Below are positions 32,979 through 45,686 of a DNA stretch of 64,000 nucleotides, in pieces. The notes under the pieces were generated by a model. The model did no database searches, had not been told where the DNA came from, and saw only the letters and a program-made list of their open reading frames with translations. Within the stretch, counting starts at the first letter, position 1; each line of letters opens with the position of its first letter. Made by a program: the position numbers and the translations under genes. The DNA comes from Folioceros fuciformis. Lineage: Eukaryota. The stretch lies in the NCBI GenBank assembly GCA_049999805.1, contig JBNGIO010004602.1:1-64000 (forward strand). Direction: 5' to 3'.

Positions 32979-35900
32979 TCAAGGAGAGGGGCAGTCACCC
33001 CTGTGCACACAGCTTTTGCAGTGCAGATAATACGCTGATGTCTTGTACTGGTAGTCCCTCTGGCAACCCAAATTTTTGAACCTGCAGGGCACTCGTGCAT
33101 GATCGCTTTCAGCTGCCGCTTTTCTGTCGGACTTCTCCCTCTCCCTCCGCTTCCGTGTGGTTCCTGGTGTGCTCCTCTCATCATTCGGCGTAGCTGGGTC
33201 GTAATCAGCGTCTGTGAGCTCATCATCCAACGCCTTGTTCCCATTTTCTGTTTCCTTGCTCTTGCTGGGCTCTTTCTTCTTCCTCTTCCCACTTGCCCTC
33301 TTTTTCTTCTTCTTCACTTCTAGAATAGCACCATGAGAAGACAAAACGATCGGTTCGTCCGACTGTGCAACAGTGGCGGTCGCAGCGCCCTCGCCAGTCC
33401 TGGCCTTACGAGACGAGCTCCTCGTCTGGTTCCCACTTGGGAGCTGTCCTTCAACCTGCTCCGTCTCAGGATTTTCATGAGGCTCTAGGATGGATGTGCC
33501 AGTTCTGGGAGCAACATGTTTAGTCAATTTCTCCAACTTTTTCCTGGGCGAGGACCTTGGCCCCTCTCCCACTATCGCATGAAATGCAGTCCTTACTCTC
33601 TCTGGGCAGATAACAGCTGCTCCTTGCGAACCTGTGGCAGCATGTACATTTGCCTCCTGAGGGTTGCTGTCTTCATCTCGATTAGACCCTTCCACCCCCT
33701 GTCCATCTGGGTTCTGCGGGCTGCTATGGCTTCCTGGTTCTTCGACTCCATTGGCAATCGTCTCACCCTGTCCACGCACCTCTTGCTGACTGCCCTGCTC
33801 TGCTTCACCTCGCGTTGCTTTCACAAGCTTTCTCCTCCTTTTTGAAGGACGTGTTTCAGTACGTCCTCCAGTTTTTCTTTCAGCCACTGGTTCCCTTCCA
33901 CCTATGGATGGTTCCCGTATCAGAACCTCTTCTGGCTGACGTTCGTCACCACTCCTGTTTGGTGGGGAGCTCAAGTCATTGGGCTCCTTATCATGATCTG
34001 CTACAGAGACTGCCTCGTCAGGTACAGGAGCGGGAGGACCCTCATTCTCATCAACTGGTAGGTACTCATCACGGTTTCTGTTAGCTTTTCGCTTAGCGCG
34101 AGCCCTTCCAGAGTTCTTGATGGCAGTTACTTGAGATGAGGTGCCAAGATCTGGCATAACAGGACTTCCTTCTGCAGCTGGGTCCACCCTGTCACCAGTT
34201 TTCGCGCCATTGGCTTCCACTCTACTGTCTCCTTCTACCCCATTGGGTTCCACTCTACTGTCCCCTTCTACACCATTGGCTTCCACTCTATTGTCCCCTT
34301 CTATACCATTGGCTTCCACTCTACTGTCCCTTTCTACATCATTGGCTTCCACTCTACTGTCCCCTTCTACACCATTGGCTCCCACCCTGTTGCCAACTTC
34401 CGCGCTATTCAACACCACTCTACTAGCATCTTCTACACCATTGGCTTCCACACTCTTGCCAATTACCACGCCGTTGGCTTCTACCCTACTGCCTTTCACT
34501 CCGCCGGTTTCCACGTCATTGCCAATTTCTACGCCATCGGCTCCCTCCCTGTGGCAATTTTCAAACCGTTAGCAAGTCTATGGGAAGACAAAAAGCAAGA
34601 TTTGTGAAATAGCACCCAGCTAGCTGAATAGTTGATGCAGGAAGAGAAGAGTGAAACATTGATGGTTTCAGTTGCATCCTGCACTTCAAGGCTAAAAGCA
34701 TGCTTGAGCACCCTGGTTTCTACCAATTAAGTTCGACAAAAACCAGCTCACAGGCGCTCCAGGATTTGCTGCGGCAACTAGCCTCGGTTCAAATCAATGG
34801 CTGGAGCTTACTTCATCCCACTTTGTACTTGGCTTGTTGCTCGTTTATGTGACTTCTTCCTCGTTGAAAGAGAATCTTTGCCAGAGCCACCATTTTCACC
34901 ATGCCTTCTTGAACCTGAAATCCAGTGTTTGTTTGTTAGGGCACTGACCACGTGCTACAACGCTAGCCTTCCCTTGAGTCAGAAAGTTCGCATCCACTAG
35001 AAACAACAAGCAAATGCCTCACCCTTGACAAATAGAGGGTGTAAATGCATCGCAACAGAGGAACAAACATAGACATCCTATCCTCGACTTGTGAAGCATT
35101 CTCTTCATCTACAGGACCAAAACGAGAAGCTGCTGAATGTGTACCATGTCTACTTCTAGAAGGCCTTGTGTAAGGTTCACTCGCTGTTTCACAAGATTCA
35201 TTTGTCTCCTGAGTTCCCAGAACCGCTTCACTTTGGTCCACAGCCACAGCTGTCTGATGATCTGTGTAAACAGCATAGAGCAGTTAGCTGCTCCCCTTTA
35301 AATCAGTGATGAAAAGAATCAAATGGCCGCAAACAAGCTCTAAGCAACCACGAAGGCTGGGTTGAATCCATCCAACCTACCTCCATTCTCTCTGTGTCGA
35401 AGATCATGGCTCTCAAATCTCTCTCTCTCTTCCTGCTGACCATTCGCATCATTTCCTTGTTGCCCTGCATTGCTCTGCAGAGGGCCCTCCAATACAATTT
35501 CCCTTGCACTTTCCCTTTGAACTCCTGGCGGTGGAATCTCCATGACATCGTCATCCCCATCTGCACTAGATGTCTCATCAGCTCCGTGCTGTCCTTGACG
35601 ATGAACACTGGCAGGCACCACAACTCCACCCCTACCCTGCTGCCCTGCGTCCTGCTGCTGAGGAGTGTCCACGATAGGCTCCCTTGAAATTGAAACCTGC
35701 GTAGAATTACCAGCCTCATTTGGACGAGCTGAAACAACAGTCCCACGCTGCCGTTGCCATCGAGGACTGAAACGCACCACATTTCCATCCTTGCCCTGTT
35801 GCCCTGAATCCTGCTGCTGAGGAACGTCCAGGACAGGCCCACTCAAACTTCCGTCAGCTACTACTTCTGGATCCTCCGTAACATTGTCACCCTCATTTAC

Positions 35901-37032
35901 ACTTGCTGAAACGACATTCGCCCGCTGTTGTCGACGCCGGGGACTGGAACGCACGGCGTTTCCACCCTTGCTCTGTTGCCCCGCTACGAGCAGAGGACCC
36001 TTCAAGACTGGCTCCCTCCGATTTTCGCCTCCTAGTCCAGGGCGTGAAATCTCCGTGACATTTTCATCCACATCTTGAGTAGCTAAAGCAGCAGCCATGC
36101 ACTGTCCTTCACGATGGGGACTAGCATTCAGCACATCGCTCAACTCAACTGCCGGTGAACCCATCATTGCATCCATGCTCTGAAAAGAAGGCGACACAAC
36201 AGGGATCGTGGCCGGCTCATCCATATGCGTTTCCCTTCCTGCCGTATGGAGTGCGTCCAGATCCATAGAATTCTCCGCGAGTGCTCCATGAGCTTCTCGC
36301 AGCTCTTCTGCGTCCGCCGCGTGTTCGCCAGTTTCATGAATCTTGACCCCGGGTGCATGCTCAGGAAGAACACGAACGTCCGATGGCTCAGAACTTTTAA
36401 TCACCTCAGCATCTTCTGCAAACTCATTCTGCAAAAAAGGCTTGTCTTTTCCATCGCTTGCTTTCAGGTCCGCCTTCGCTGGGGATGCAGGAACCGGCTT
36501 GTCAGACACCTTTCGGTTCTGACCTCCCGAAGACTGCGAAACCGGCAAAGCTGCCCTGTCCCCTTGACAGACGCCGACTTTCACCTTCAGCTTAGCAGTC
36601 TCCGCACCAAAAATGTCCCTAACCCGGAGGAGATCGGTCAGCACATAGTCATCCCCTTCATACTCATACTGCGAACAATTTGCAAACCAGGAAGGTCAGT
36701 ACCTCACCAAAACATTCAAAACACAAGCCTCCACAACAAACAGCACCAAACACGGCTGGCCACGTTGTCTTACCTCTATAGACGTGATATTCAAATCTTG
36801 AGGAAAGTCAGGAAGCGACTTCAAAGCCCGCAGCAACGTCTCTGTCACCAGAGCAAACACAAGAAAGCGTGAAAACGAGAACTTCGACGAAGCAGAACCC
36901 ACCCTGAGATTGCATGCAAATTGCACACCGCGCAAGGCACTAACTAGGACAAGACCTTCACCTCAAACCTGAATTGAGCTCACACTTACCAGAGAGCAAG
37001 AAACTGGAGCTGAGACATCCTACCTCTGACAT
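32979..37032 (-). CDS. Uncharacterised multi-exon, largely disordered repeat protein with C-terminal C-x6-C-x13-H-x3-C (TRAF/SIAH-like) motif
   Basis: ATG 37032 MSEVGCLSSSFLLS|ETLLRALKS...SIE|YEYEGDDYVLTDLL links by canonical splice sites into the 434-aa ORF. Probable further exons lead into the 511-aa ORF ending VPCRFKNLGC...HCKSC. Middle exon joins are uncertain. Confidence 0.6.
34200..34500 (-). repeat. 33-bp coding tandem repeat (ANGVEGDSRVE)n
   Basis: Recurring ccattggcttccactctactgtccccttcta units, about 8 copies including degenerate ones. Confidence 0.9.
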
Positions 37033-37899
37033 CGCCGATGCTGTCGCCACCGTGCACACACACAGCAAACCGGCGACAATCCGCGTCTCTGGTGCTCACG
37101 AACAACCGTACGGTCTCCTGGGACCGTGAGGTCATCTCCATGCTGACAGCCAAGCCCGTGAGGAGAGCGAAACCCCAGCAGCTGCAGGGGAGGACGGGGA
37201 ACTACATAGCGTTGCGTTCCAACTTCGAGAGCAGCGAGCGAGAGCGCATAATCCCCCTCATGCTACGACATCGGTTGTTCACACCTCCAACCCCCCGGGG
37301 GGCGGTAACCCAAGGGGTGGACGTAATGCACGAGTGGCTTTCTCCAAACATGTTGAGTCTTCTGCCAGTGTCGTCCAAGACTGAAACGGTAGGCTCACTT
37401 CATTCCATTACAGTATACGTACGCACTCACCCAAGCCGGTGACGGATTGGTCAGCATACATACACTACATGATCAATCGGGGTTTTAATTTCAGAAAAAG
37501 ACGGGAATCTATTTTTTGAAGTATCATATCATGAATAATTCTTGCATCATAATAAATAAATTTAAATATTCACAGAGCACAGTCTCCCTGATGACGTAGC
37601 CCTAAAGGCGGCGACGGCCCCATTAATGGACTTGGCGTATAAGAGGGCGTCCATAACAGTCCCAATGACCCGAGAGTACTCTTGGCTCCAGTTCGTTTAC
37701 TTCACGTTACATGGGAAGACGAAAAAAACAAAATAGCATGGAAACATAAATATTCCAGGGCACACACAATCAGACAGTCCAGAGATGGCAGGTTCGTCCG
37801 ACCAATTGGTTACCATCGGGAAGGTGTTCAATCTGTTTGCCAAACCACTTGAAACCCGTCGCCGCGCTCTGGCTTGCCTTCATCTATGTTACCGTCCAT

Positions 37900-39616
37900 T
37901 CAGCATACCTTGCAGCTCTTCCTGCACGACCCTGGCCAATCCGGAGTGCCCACCATATAGGCTGGGTTCTTCCTGCACTCTCCATAAGCTGCCCACTCCC
38001 CACATTTCTCGTTTTCGTCTTCACAAACCCCATCCTTCGGTTTGGGCTTCTCAAAAGAGGCAACATGGATCCATTTTGTGGCAGACCACTTCTCACCCTC
38101 AATGACAGGACATCCGCAATGAAGGCTAGATTCATCGGGGTTGGCATCTGGGAATAGGCTGAAAAACAGCAGGGCGTCACCTTTGAAGGGTTTAACTGCC
38201 ATAGACGACACATACAGACGTTGGTGAACTGCAACAGCAATGTATCACATGTGTGACTTCAGAAGGATTTGAATGTACCGGCTTTTCCCCGCTTCCCGCA
38301 CTCTGACCAGGTGTCATCCTTAACCTCGGTATCCTCCTGTACAGACAGATGAATGAGTTCCGAGGTGAATGCGAGCGATGCGAATGGAAACTGCACAATG
38401 CCAGGCCACGAAGTGCTGACCTTGAAAACCGAATCCACAACACTACCTACCTCAGAATTGGGAAAAACTGTCTCTCCACCTTTTGTCACATTGGACAAGT
38501 ACATCAGCACTGTTGCAACACGATGACCTCCGAGGGCTTGGTTGTTCTTGTCACGAAAATAGTCATAGTGGGGCTCGTACTTCTCTCCAAGCTCATACTT
38601 CAGCACTTGGATCGCCTCCCCATTTTCTGCACGGCCAACGGGTTAAGCGGCTTACACAATTCACCAGCTCAAATGGAAAATCCTCAGCGTTTCGGGTTCA
38701 CGGCAGCGGGCCACATTTTCGACTGCCTTACAGGCCATCATTCATTACCGATAGGTAAAAACGTCCACGCTGCTATCCTTTCCTCAATCCTGGCCACAAT
38801 CTTGTCCTGGAAGAAAACCAGATGGCATATACTTCATTCATGTGACCACCTAGTAAGCCCCCGCGGACAGACCCGATACTGGCAGCCCAAAATTTCGAAT
38901 CACTCACCTGGCCCTTCATTAAGAACATCCCAGAGCTTGTCCGGATGTCACTCAACAAACTCTTTCCAGATTCGTTGTCTGCCACCATGGACTTCTGTAG
39001 CTTGTCTTTAGCCTGGGCCATAACCAGTCAATCAGAGATGACACTCCACTCAGCATGGAACAGGTCGCACAATTAGGCAAAACAAATTCCTACCACGTTA
39101 ACCAAGTGGTCACACTCCTCATCGCTTAGGAAGCCTTTATAAACAAATGCTCTGCTCCATCACAGATATTTTCCCTCAGACGTCAGTCAGAAGGCACAAC
39201 ACGGAAGAAAACAAACCCAAACAATAGTCCGACAGATGCAGACCCCACAAAGCGAAAAGCTTATCCCAACGTCGCAACGCCTTACCGAGGTTTCCACGAG
39301 AGCTGAGTGATCTTAGAAGGGTCGATGCGAGGCCCTTCTTTCCGCTCACTGGGCAGCTTGAGGCCAACTTTGTGCCTACCACAGAGATCAAAGGATGCTC
39401 CAAGTAAGTACAGAACAACCAACGTACCTTTCATGCGCGAAAGGAGAAACACTACATCCAAGGTGCGATTCGGCACAACCATGATGCCAGAAACGATACT
39501 CACGTTTCACCCTTCCATCCAGGCAAATCATCGTAACCTGCATGCACAGGACCAAGCACCAGCAGCAGCAACAGCGCCGCGGTCACCAGCTTTACAAACG
39601 CCTCTACCCTTGTCAT
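37900..39616 (-). CDS. P4H: Prolyl 4-hydroxylase (2OG-Fe(II)) with signal anchor and C-terminal ShKT domain
   Basis: MTRVEAFVKLVTAALLLLL..., ITQLSWKPR|AFVYKGFLSDEECDHL, RTSSGMFL, YEPHYDYF, HRVATVLMYL, SLHCGCPVIEGEKWSATKWIH, CEDENEKCGEWAAYGEC...CRKSCKVC*. Confidence 0.95.
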
Positions 39617-40112
39617 CTCCCACAAATCATACGGATCCGGTGTCGATTCTTTGACAAGGCTGAAGAACACCACCAAACTCTTTCAGAAGGCTGGAAAACA
39701 GCAACCGATCAATTCCGAGCTCTGCACAAAATCTCCATTCCTGCTCTTCCGAGAGCGCAGGCTGGAGAACCCTTCCCATCAAGCAAGAATCGTCAGACCT
39801 AACGGCTCCGCGGCCCTCAATAATACTTACACAGCAAGTCGCAACACGGAGCTGGTGCAAAACGGACTGCGCGGGTGCTTCGGCGGAAACCGCTGGGGTG
39901 CAGCTCCCCGGGCCTCGGGTCAGTTGTTGAACTCACTGAAAGACGTCAACGTTCTTACAAATCCGCGTGTTTACATGCCGACTGCAAACTCACTTCTCCG
40001 CAGTCAAGAGATATAACCCATCATTTATGTATGTCCGTGCCGAGAGTCCAAAAAGGCCAGAAACTTCGGACTTCTAAAATGAGGGAAGCGTATGTAGGCG
40101 TTGAAGAATCGA

Positions 40113-43100
40113 CTAAGTTCTCCTGGACTTCTTGTTCTTCCTCTTCTTCATTCCGACATCAAGCCGCTCCTCACCGAAATCCATATCGTCCCGAGAAGAG
40201 ACTCCGCTGTCGGAAACGATGCTCCCGATCAGGCCGAGGTTTTTCTTCGAGGCTGCTTCTCTTCTGTTTATCTTGGCCGGGGAGTATGGGATGATGACGC
40301 GCTGAGGTTCCACCACTTCAGTGCTGGTGTCCTTCAATGTTGTTCTTCTGTTTCGGTGCAATTTCTCTGGACGGGATCCTGGAACCGCGGGTCCGGGCCA
40401 CTCCGGGCTCATATAACTTCTCCAGATGCTGTCCAATGTCATCTCTTCCCTCCCTTCCTCCTCCTCACTCCCCTTCTCATTGTCAGGTAGCGCACGCGCG
40501 GATCCATGCGCTCCGTCCATGGATTTCTTCACTTTTCTGAATCCTGATAAGTTGTCTCTAGTTGCGAATTCGGGCTCACTTGGGCCATGCGGATTATTTC
40601 CACCTAGCTCCGTGTGCTCTGCAACACCAGAGGCAACCCCTGACGCTGCATGCGAGAAAGAAGCCTTTGTCTGCCGAGACTTCACCTTCTTCCCTCTCGG
40701 CTTCTTAACAAAAGAACTAGCCCCTACTTCATGATCAGCAACATCATCATCTTGTTGCTTCTTGGCGCTGATTTCAAGCGGCAACTCCGATTCAAGGTCT
40801 ACGCCAGACGGTTCCAATAGAGCAAGGTGTTCTGAATTTTTTTGGTTTTCTGCTCCCGTCGTCACGCCTGAGACGAGAAATCCATCATCCGGTATTCCCA
40901 GCTCCGCAGATCCATACAGCCCTATTGCCTTGGGTTTCTTCGGGCGAGCCTTCTTTTTCCTCCTGACGGCATCGTCTGAGAATTCCTGGGCCCTGAGAGG
41001 CAACTGTTCCTTCTCAAATCCGGACACAGCGTCGGCGTGCACTTCCTCCGTGCCTACATCTAAGGTGGCAAGGGTGCCCGGATGTTCACGCACTAGCTTC
41101 TTCCGTTTCGCATGTTTCCTCTTCGGTTTTCCGTGAAGGAAGACTGCTGAACCCTCACCATCACAATTATCGGACCTCTCTTTCCGCTTCGTCTTGCGAA
41201 GCTTCCCTGTGCGTGTCTCCCCTGTAGCTGTTTCACCAACTGCTGCTGGATCTCCGTTCCTTGCATGATTCTCAGGTGAGGTCTTGTCACGATCTGCATC
41301 GATTTCGACCTCGCTTGGTTGTCCCTCCTGGCCCAGTTCCCTACTCCTCCGTACCTTCGATCTGAAATCGCACTGAATCTTGGTCACCCTCTCGGATACC
41401 AACCGCTCACCATCTGAAGGAACGGTGCCATCATACTGCTTTGCATTTGTTTTCCTCTTCTTCTTTCTCTCTGGGCCTCTGATCTCATCCTTCTCCACAG
41501 CCCTCTCATCACCCTCGCCAACCCTTTCATCATTCTTCCCGTCACTCTCACCATCCCTATCGTCTCTCTTAGCCTGCACTTCTCCCTCCGTCACCGCTAA
41601 CTCAGGGTCCATTTCATTCTGCCGTCCACCTGCCAGTTCTGCCTCGTCATCAGATGTTAAATCGCAACACATACGGGGTTCCAACGGCTTGCTCTGAGCT
41701 TGAGTTCTTTTGCCTTTCTTCCACTTAGTGAGACGGTCCATTGCTAAACCTTTTCCCTCAGCTGGTAGTGTAATGTCACACTCACCAGCACCCCGACTGA
41801 TCTCATTGTCATCCGATTCAGATTCGACGATTTGAACTCTCCTAATCCGCTTCTTTCTCTTAAAGAATTCTGCAAGATCCTTTGGTTCTAGGATCTCCTC
41901 AACGGGGACTGGAGGAGGAAGCATACTGTCCTGTTTGTCCTTCACTTTCGCCCTCCTTTTCTTGTTCACAGTCCCTCCAATTTCACTCTGTTTCTGTGCA
42001 AAATCAACTACATCCTGCTCCGATTCAGGTTGCACACTCTGCACAGTGACGTCCTCACTGTTCACCCCAGGACCCTTTTGGTCATCCTCCTCCTCCACAC
42101 CTGCCTCATTAGGAACAGTGGTTCCATCAGTGCTGTCNNNNNNNNNNTCCTCCACACCTGCCTCATTAGGAACAGTGGTTCCATCAGTGCTGTCTGGTCG
42201 TATCTGCGGGAAGTCTGTCTGTACACTTGCGTCCACCATTGTGGAACGACAGTTATTTCTTAAAAGGTCAGCGTCATCTGCGGTAATTGCTTCAGAGCTC
42301 AAAAGACGACTGATCAGCGAGTGAAGTCGTCTCTCATGGTCAAAGATAGCTTGCACGTCCTGCTCCATGGCAAAAGCATCCTCCAGGGGTGCTTGAGTTA
42401 ATGCGGTCTGCTCCTGAGCTTTCCGATCATCCAGTCTGTCAACCCTGGCTGTTGCAGCTTCCACTTGTTGCAACGGCGATTCTACAGGCGCTTCAACATC
42501 CCTTTGATCATCGTCTTCCATCTCTCTCGATGTCTGCACTTCAGCAGAATCCTCATGCATGGCATCTGTGTCTCCTACATCCTCCTCGTCCTGGGAAGAT
42601 CTATCCGTTTCTCTGTTAAAATCTTCTGTGGGCTCTTCCTCATTACTATCAGAGTCTCCAAAGCTCTCCTCTGCCTCATCATCTATGAAGTCTTCCATAA
42701 GATCAACGCCTTCATCCTCTGAATCCGTGTCACGCGGCTTGTCACAGTCACTGGAAAATTCATCATCATCGCCAAAATGCGGGTCACTCTCTTCAGCTTC
42801 AGAATCGATGAACCTAGTCAGCTTCTCAGCTTCAGAACAAGAGTCCCCAGTCAGCTCCTCAGCTTCAGAACCAGAGTCCCCAGTCAGCTCCTCAGCTTCA
42901 TGCTCAGAGCACCTGACTGTCTCTGACGAATGTTCCGATCCATCCTGATCAGCAGATGTCTTTTCCTCATCATCAGACTGCAAAACTAGCACAGCTCTAT
43001 TTGCTGTCCGCTTCAAGGTCCTTCGCAGAATTATAGGTGCATGGTCCGAGTCAGAGTCATTCCTGGCAACTACTTCAGGCTTGAGCGAAACTGGGAGAGG

Positions 43101-43982
43101 GTCACTCATGGCACACGCTTCAGGCTTGGACAAAACTGGGGGATGGTCACTCAAGGCAGACACTTCAGCCTTGAGCAAAACTGGGGGAGGGTCGCTTACG
43201 GCAGCTACTTCAGGCTTGAGCAAAACCGAGGGAGCGACCTCCCCACCCTTGCACTCTTCCACCTTGGCCTCCCCGCCCTCGCACTCTTTCTCCTTGCCAT
43301 CTATTACAGGATTGGACAAATCCACTTCAGCTTCAACTGAAAAAATGTTGGCCCTTTGCAACTCGTCCTTCAAACCCTGTAGTTCGTCACACCGGGCAAT
43401 ATGCCCGGCGCGCAGCTCTTCCTCCCCACTGATACCTGCTTTCGCAGGAGAAGGATCTGCAACAACATCCCCTAACGTCACTGGCTCTAATAGGTCCGCG
43501 CTACATTCCTCACCTCCTCCTCCTCCCTCCCCCCCTTCTCCGTCCCCTGAGGCCAAAACAGGGCGTTCATCGGCCCCCACCTTTCCATCGCTCCCATACA
43601 CTTGCTCACGGCTTCTATCTGTGCTTTCACAAACGGGTAGCAGAACCGCAGGAAGATCCGCAGCCTCACTCTGCCCAGGCCCATCCTTGTCTACCGACTT
43701 TGACATTACCTCGATGGAAACTTTCACAGCCCCATCCTCGCAAGCTGTGACAACAGCAAGCCTAGGCGGCTCAGAATCATCCCCGTCCAGCTTCTCCTTC
43801 ACAACACCACCCTCCCCGGCCGAACCTGCATCATCTGCTGCTGCTGCAGGTGCCCCGGAGCCATCTTCCCTGGCCCGTCCATCCTTCACCTCCTCCAGCT
43901 CCTTGTTACTCTTCGAACCTGGGGTATCTACATCCATATCCACATCCACCGACCCGTGCTGCTCCATAGTCCCGTCCCGCAT
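40113..43982 (-). CDS. Large intronless acidic/low-complexity protein with several basic NLS-like clusters; unknown function
   Basis: Open frame of 1299 codons (first ATG at 43982) spanning an N gap at 42138-42148. D/E-rich tract, KKRKR-type clusters and internal repeats. Confidence 0.75.
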   Translation of the reverse strand: MRDGTMEQHGSVDVDMDVDTPGSKSNKELEEVKDGRAREDGSGAPAAAADDAGSAGEGGVVKEKLDGDDSEPPRLAVVTACEDGAVKVSIEVMSKSVDKDGPGQSEAADLPAVLLPVCESTDRSREQVYGSDGKVGADERPVLASGDGEGGEGGGGGEECSADLLEPVTLGDVVADPSPAKAGISGEEELRAGHIARCDELQGLKDELQRANIFSVEAEVDLSNPVIDGKEKECEGGEAKVEECKGGEVAPSVLLKPEVAAVSDPPPVLLKAEVSALSDHPPVLSKPEACAMSDPLPVSLKPEVVARNDSDSDHAPIILRRTLKRTANRAVLVLQSDDEEKTSADQDGSEHSSETVRCSEHEAEELTGDSGSEAEELTGDSCSEAEKLTRFIDSEAEESDPHFGDDDEFSSDCDKPRDTDSEDEGVDLMEDFIDDEAEESFGDSDSNEEEPTEDFNRETDRSSQDEEDVGDTDAMHEDSAEVQTSREMEDDDQRDVEAPVESPLQQVEAATARVDRLDDRKAQEQTALTQAPLEDAFAMEQDVQAIFDHERRLHSLISRLLSSEAITADDADLLRNNCRSTMVDASVQTDFPQIRPDSTDGTTVPNEAGVEXXXXDSTDGTTVPNEAGVEEEDDQKGPGVNSEDVTVQSVQPESEQDVVDFAQKQSEIGGTVNKKRRAKVKDKQDSMLPPPVPVEEILEPKDLAEFFKRKKRIRRVQIVESESDDNEISRGAGECDITLPAEGKGLAMDRLTKWKKGKRTQAQSKPLEPRMCCDLTSDDEAELAGGRQNEMDPELAVTEGEVQAKRDDRDGESDGKNDERVGEGDERAVEKDEIRGPERKKKRKTNAKQYDGTVPSDGERLVSERVTKIQCDFRSKVRRSRELGQEGQPSEVEIDADRDKTSPENHARNGDPAAVGETATGETRTGKLRKTKRKERSDNCDGEGSAVFLHGKPKRKHAKRKKLVREHPGTLATLDVGTEEVHADAVSGFEKEQLPLRAQEFSDDAVRRKKKARPKKPKAIGLYGSAELGIPDDGFLVSGVTTGAENQKNSEHLALLEPSGVDLESELPLEISAKKQQDDDVADHEVGASSFVKKPRGKKVKSRQTKASFSHAASGVASGVAEHTELGGNNPHGPSEPEFATRDNLSGFRKVKKSMDGAHGSARALPDNEKGSEEEEGREEMTLDSIWRSYMSPEWPGPAVPGSRPEKLHRNRRTTLKDTSTEVVEPQRVIIPYSPAKINRREAASKKNLGLIGSIVSDSGVSSRDDMDFGEERLDVGMKKRKNKKSRRT
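42790..43230 (-). repeat. Internal coding repeats: 33-bp (SEAEELTGDS.) and 45-bp (PVLLKPEV..SD.P)
   Basis: gagtccccagtcagctcctcagcttca recurs at 33-bp spacing; cttcaggcttgagc recurs at ~45-bp spacing. Confidence 0.8.
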
Positions 43983-45043
43983 TGCCACATCCCGACTCCC
44001 ACTGCATCCCACTCACCCTACAATAGTCAGCTTCATCCAGAATTGCCCTGAAAGCAGAGCCTGCCGGCTCGGGATCTAAATTCCTCAGCTGTAGCCCGAA
44101 CTGGCCAGCATCAGTTCGGGCACCTAAACAGGGGCCATCAGAATGGCTACCTTTCAGCGTCAACCGACCCGTCCAAATCATTCCGAGGCTTGAGAACAAA
44201 ATTCAATCTGCATTTGCAATGGAGGCCCAGGCAAGCCAGAAAATCACCAACACAAATCCAATCCACCATGCACTTCCGTTCACCAGCCACCGCACATCCT
44301 CGACTGTAAAAACAACCAGATCAAGCATGATGCAAGTAAAATCTAAGCAGGGAGCAGCTGAACTAGCTCACATCGATCGCAAACTCATAGTGTTCAATCG
44401 GGCTTCAGGCCGTAGCTAAGTTAGAGCCGTTCCAGGATCCCAAGCGCACTCTCCGCCCCTTCCTCCTCAACACCCCTTCCTACTTCGTCCGAACAATTTC
44501 CTGGAATCCTGCCTGCCTGTCAGCTCTGTCAGCGTCATGCAAAAGACGGGAGCTCGGCGCGCGCTGGAGAGTTCGGAGGACGCGTGGATGCTGCCATGCG
44601 AGGCTCAACCTCATGCAAAGGGGCAGCCATAATCGGACAGGCAGAAGCCGGCTCGTGAAGCTCTCGGTCGATGAGAAAATGGCGCGCAATCCACACGACA
44701 GTTTAGAGAGAGAAAGAGAGTTTGTTTTGGTCAATCATTAATTTGTTATCTTGCTTAACGAACCACAAACACCTACAAACCCAGGCGAGACACACATGCT
44801 GGTAGCGGCACGGAGCCCTGGCCGCGGCGACTTAGGGTGCGCCAAGTTTAGGGTGAGTGTCTCACCGTCATTTGCAACTTGATCTCACCAAACGCTATAA
44901 AAATTCCAGCGCCATGTGAAGTCCATACAAACAACTTCTTCCACACTTCTTCTCAATGTCCTTTCCCTCCGTAAGGCTTCTCAGCAATGCGGCGCCAACA
45001 TGTCGAATCGCCACACGGTCCACAGTCCCCTAGCAGGTTCTGG

Positions 45044-45241
45044 ATTTGAAGAAGACAATCATCAACCATAAATTCGAAGAAGACGATCATCAACCCTAAA
45101 TGTGAAAAAGAGGATCATCAACCACACATCTGAAGAAGAGGATCATCAACCATAAATCTGAAAAAGAGGATCAACAACCATAAATCTGAAGAAGAAGAAG
45201 ATCATCAACCGTAATTTTGAAGAAGAAGATCATCAACCATA
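45044..45241. repeat. 28-bp minisatellite, 7 units
   Basis: Units gaagaagaNgatcatcaaccataaatct end at 45067, 45095, 45123, 45151, 45179, 45210 and 45238. Confidence 0.9.
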
Positions 45242-45670
45242 GAATCCAAAGTAAACCAGCGAGGTTGAGAAGACTGAACTTGGAGAAACAAAAGTGAGTC
45301 AGGTTCTGAGACCTGGACTTGTTTCATAGCAAAAAAAAAATGGAGTCCATGGCCAAAAGAGTAGTTTGCCTGCAAACGACCGACACAACATACACCTCGA
45401 TCAGAAGCAAGATTGGGGCTAGTCTTCCCTTCCTCGTGTTACTGCATTTCAAAACGTCCATGAGCCGAAAAAATGGAACTTGAATGGACTTTCTGGTGCC
45501 CTGGCTTCCCTTTTGGTAGATGGTTTTCGTTTTTATACAGTCTCGACATCACTATATGGAAGCAAACCAATACCCTGTAGTAAAATCCACTCGCCTTTGA
45601 CTTAAAAAGCTTCTACGCGGCCGTATCAGCTGGTCACCTGATGTTTACAGGCATACAGGCTCGTGTACAT

Positions 45671-45686
45671 AAACCCTAAACCCTAG
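45671..45686 (+). promoter_or_regulatory. Telo-box (AAACCCTA x2) upstream of PESCADILLO
   Basis: aaaccctaaaccctag lies 65-80 bp before the ATG. Telo-boxes are typical of plant ribosome-biogenesis genes. Confidence 0.65.

Noticed and set aside
42091-42195. 47-bp direct repeat flanking the N run in the acidic ORF
   Set aside because: Identical sequence on both sides of a gap is a typical scaffolding overlap artefact.
45044-45241. CRISPR-like or snoRNA array
   Set aside because: There are no unique spacers, and the C-box-like and D-box-like motifs lie on opposite strands.
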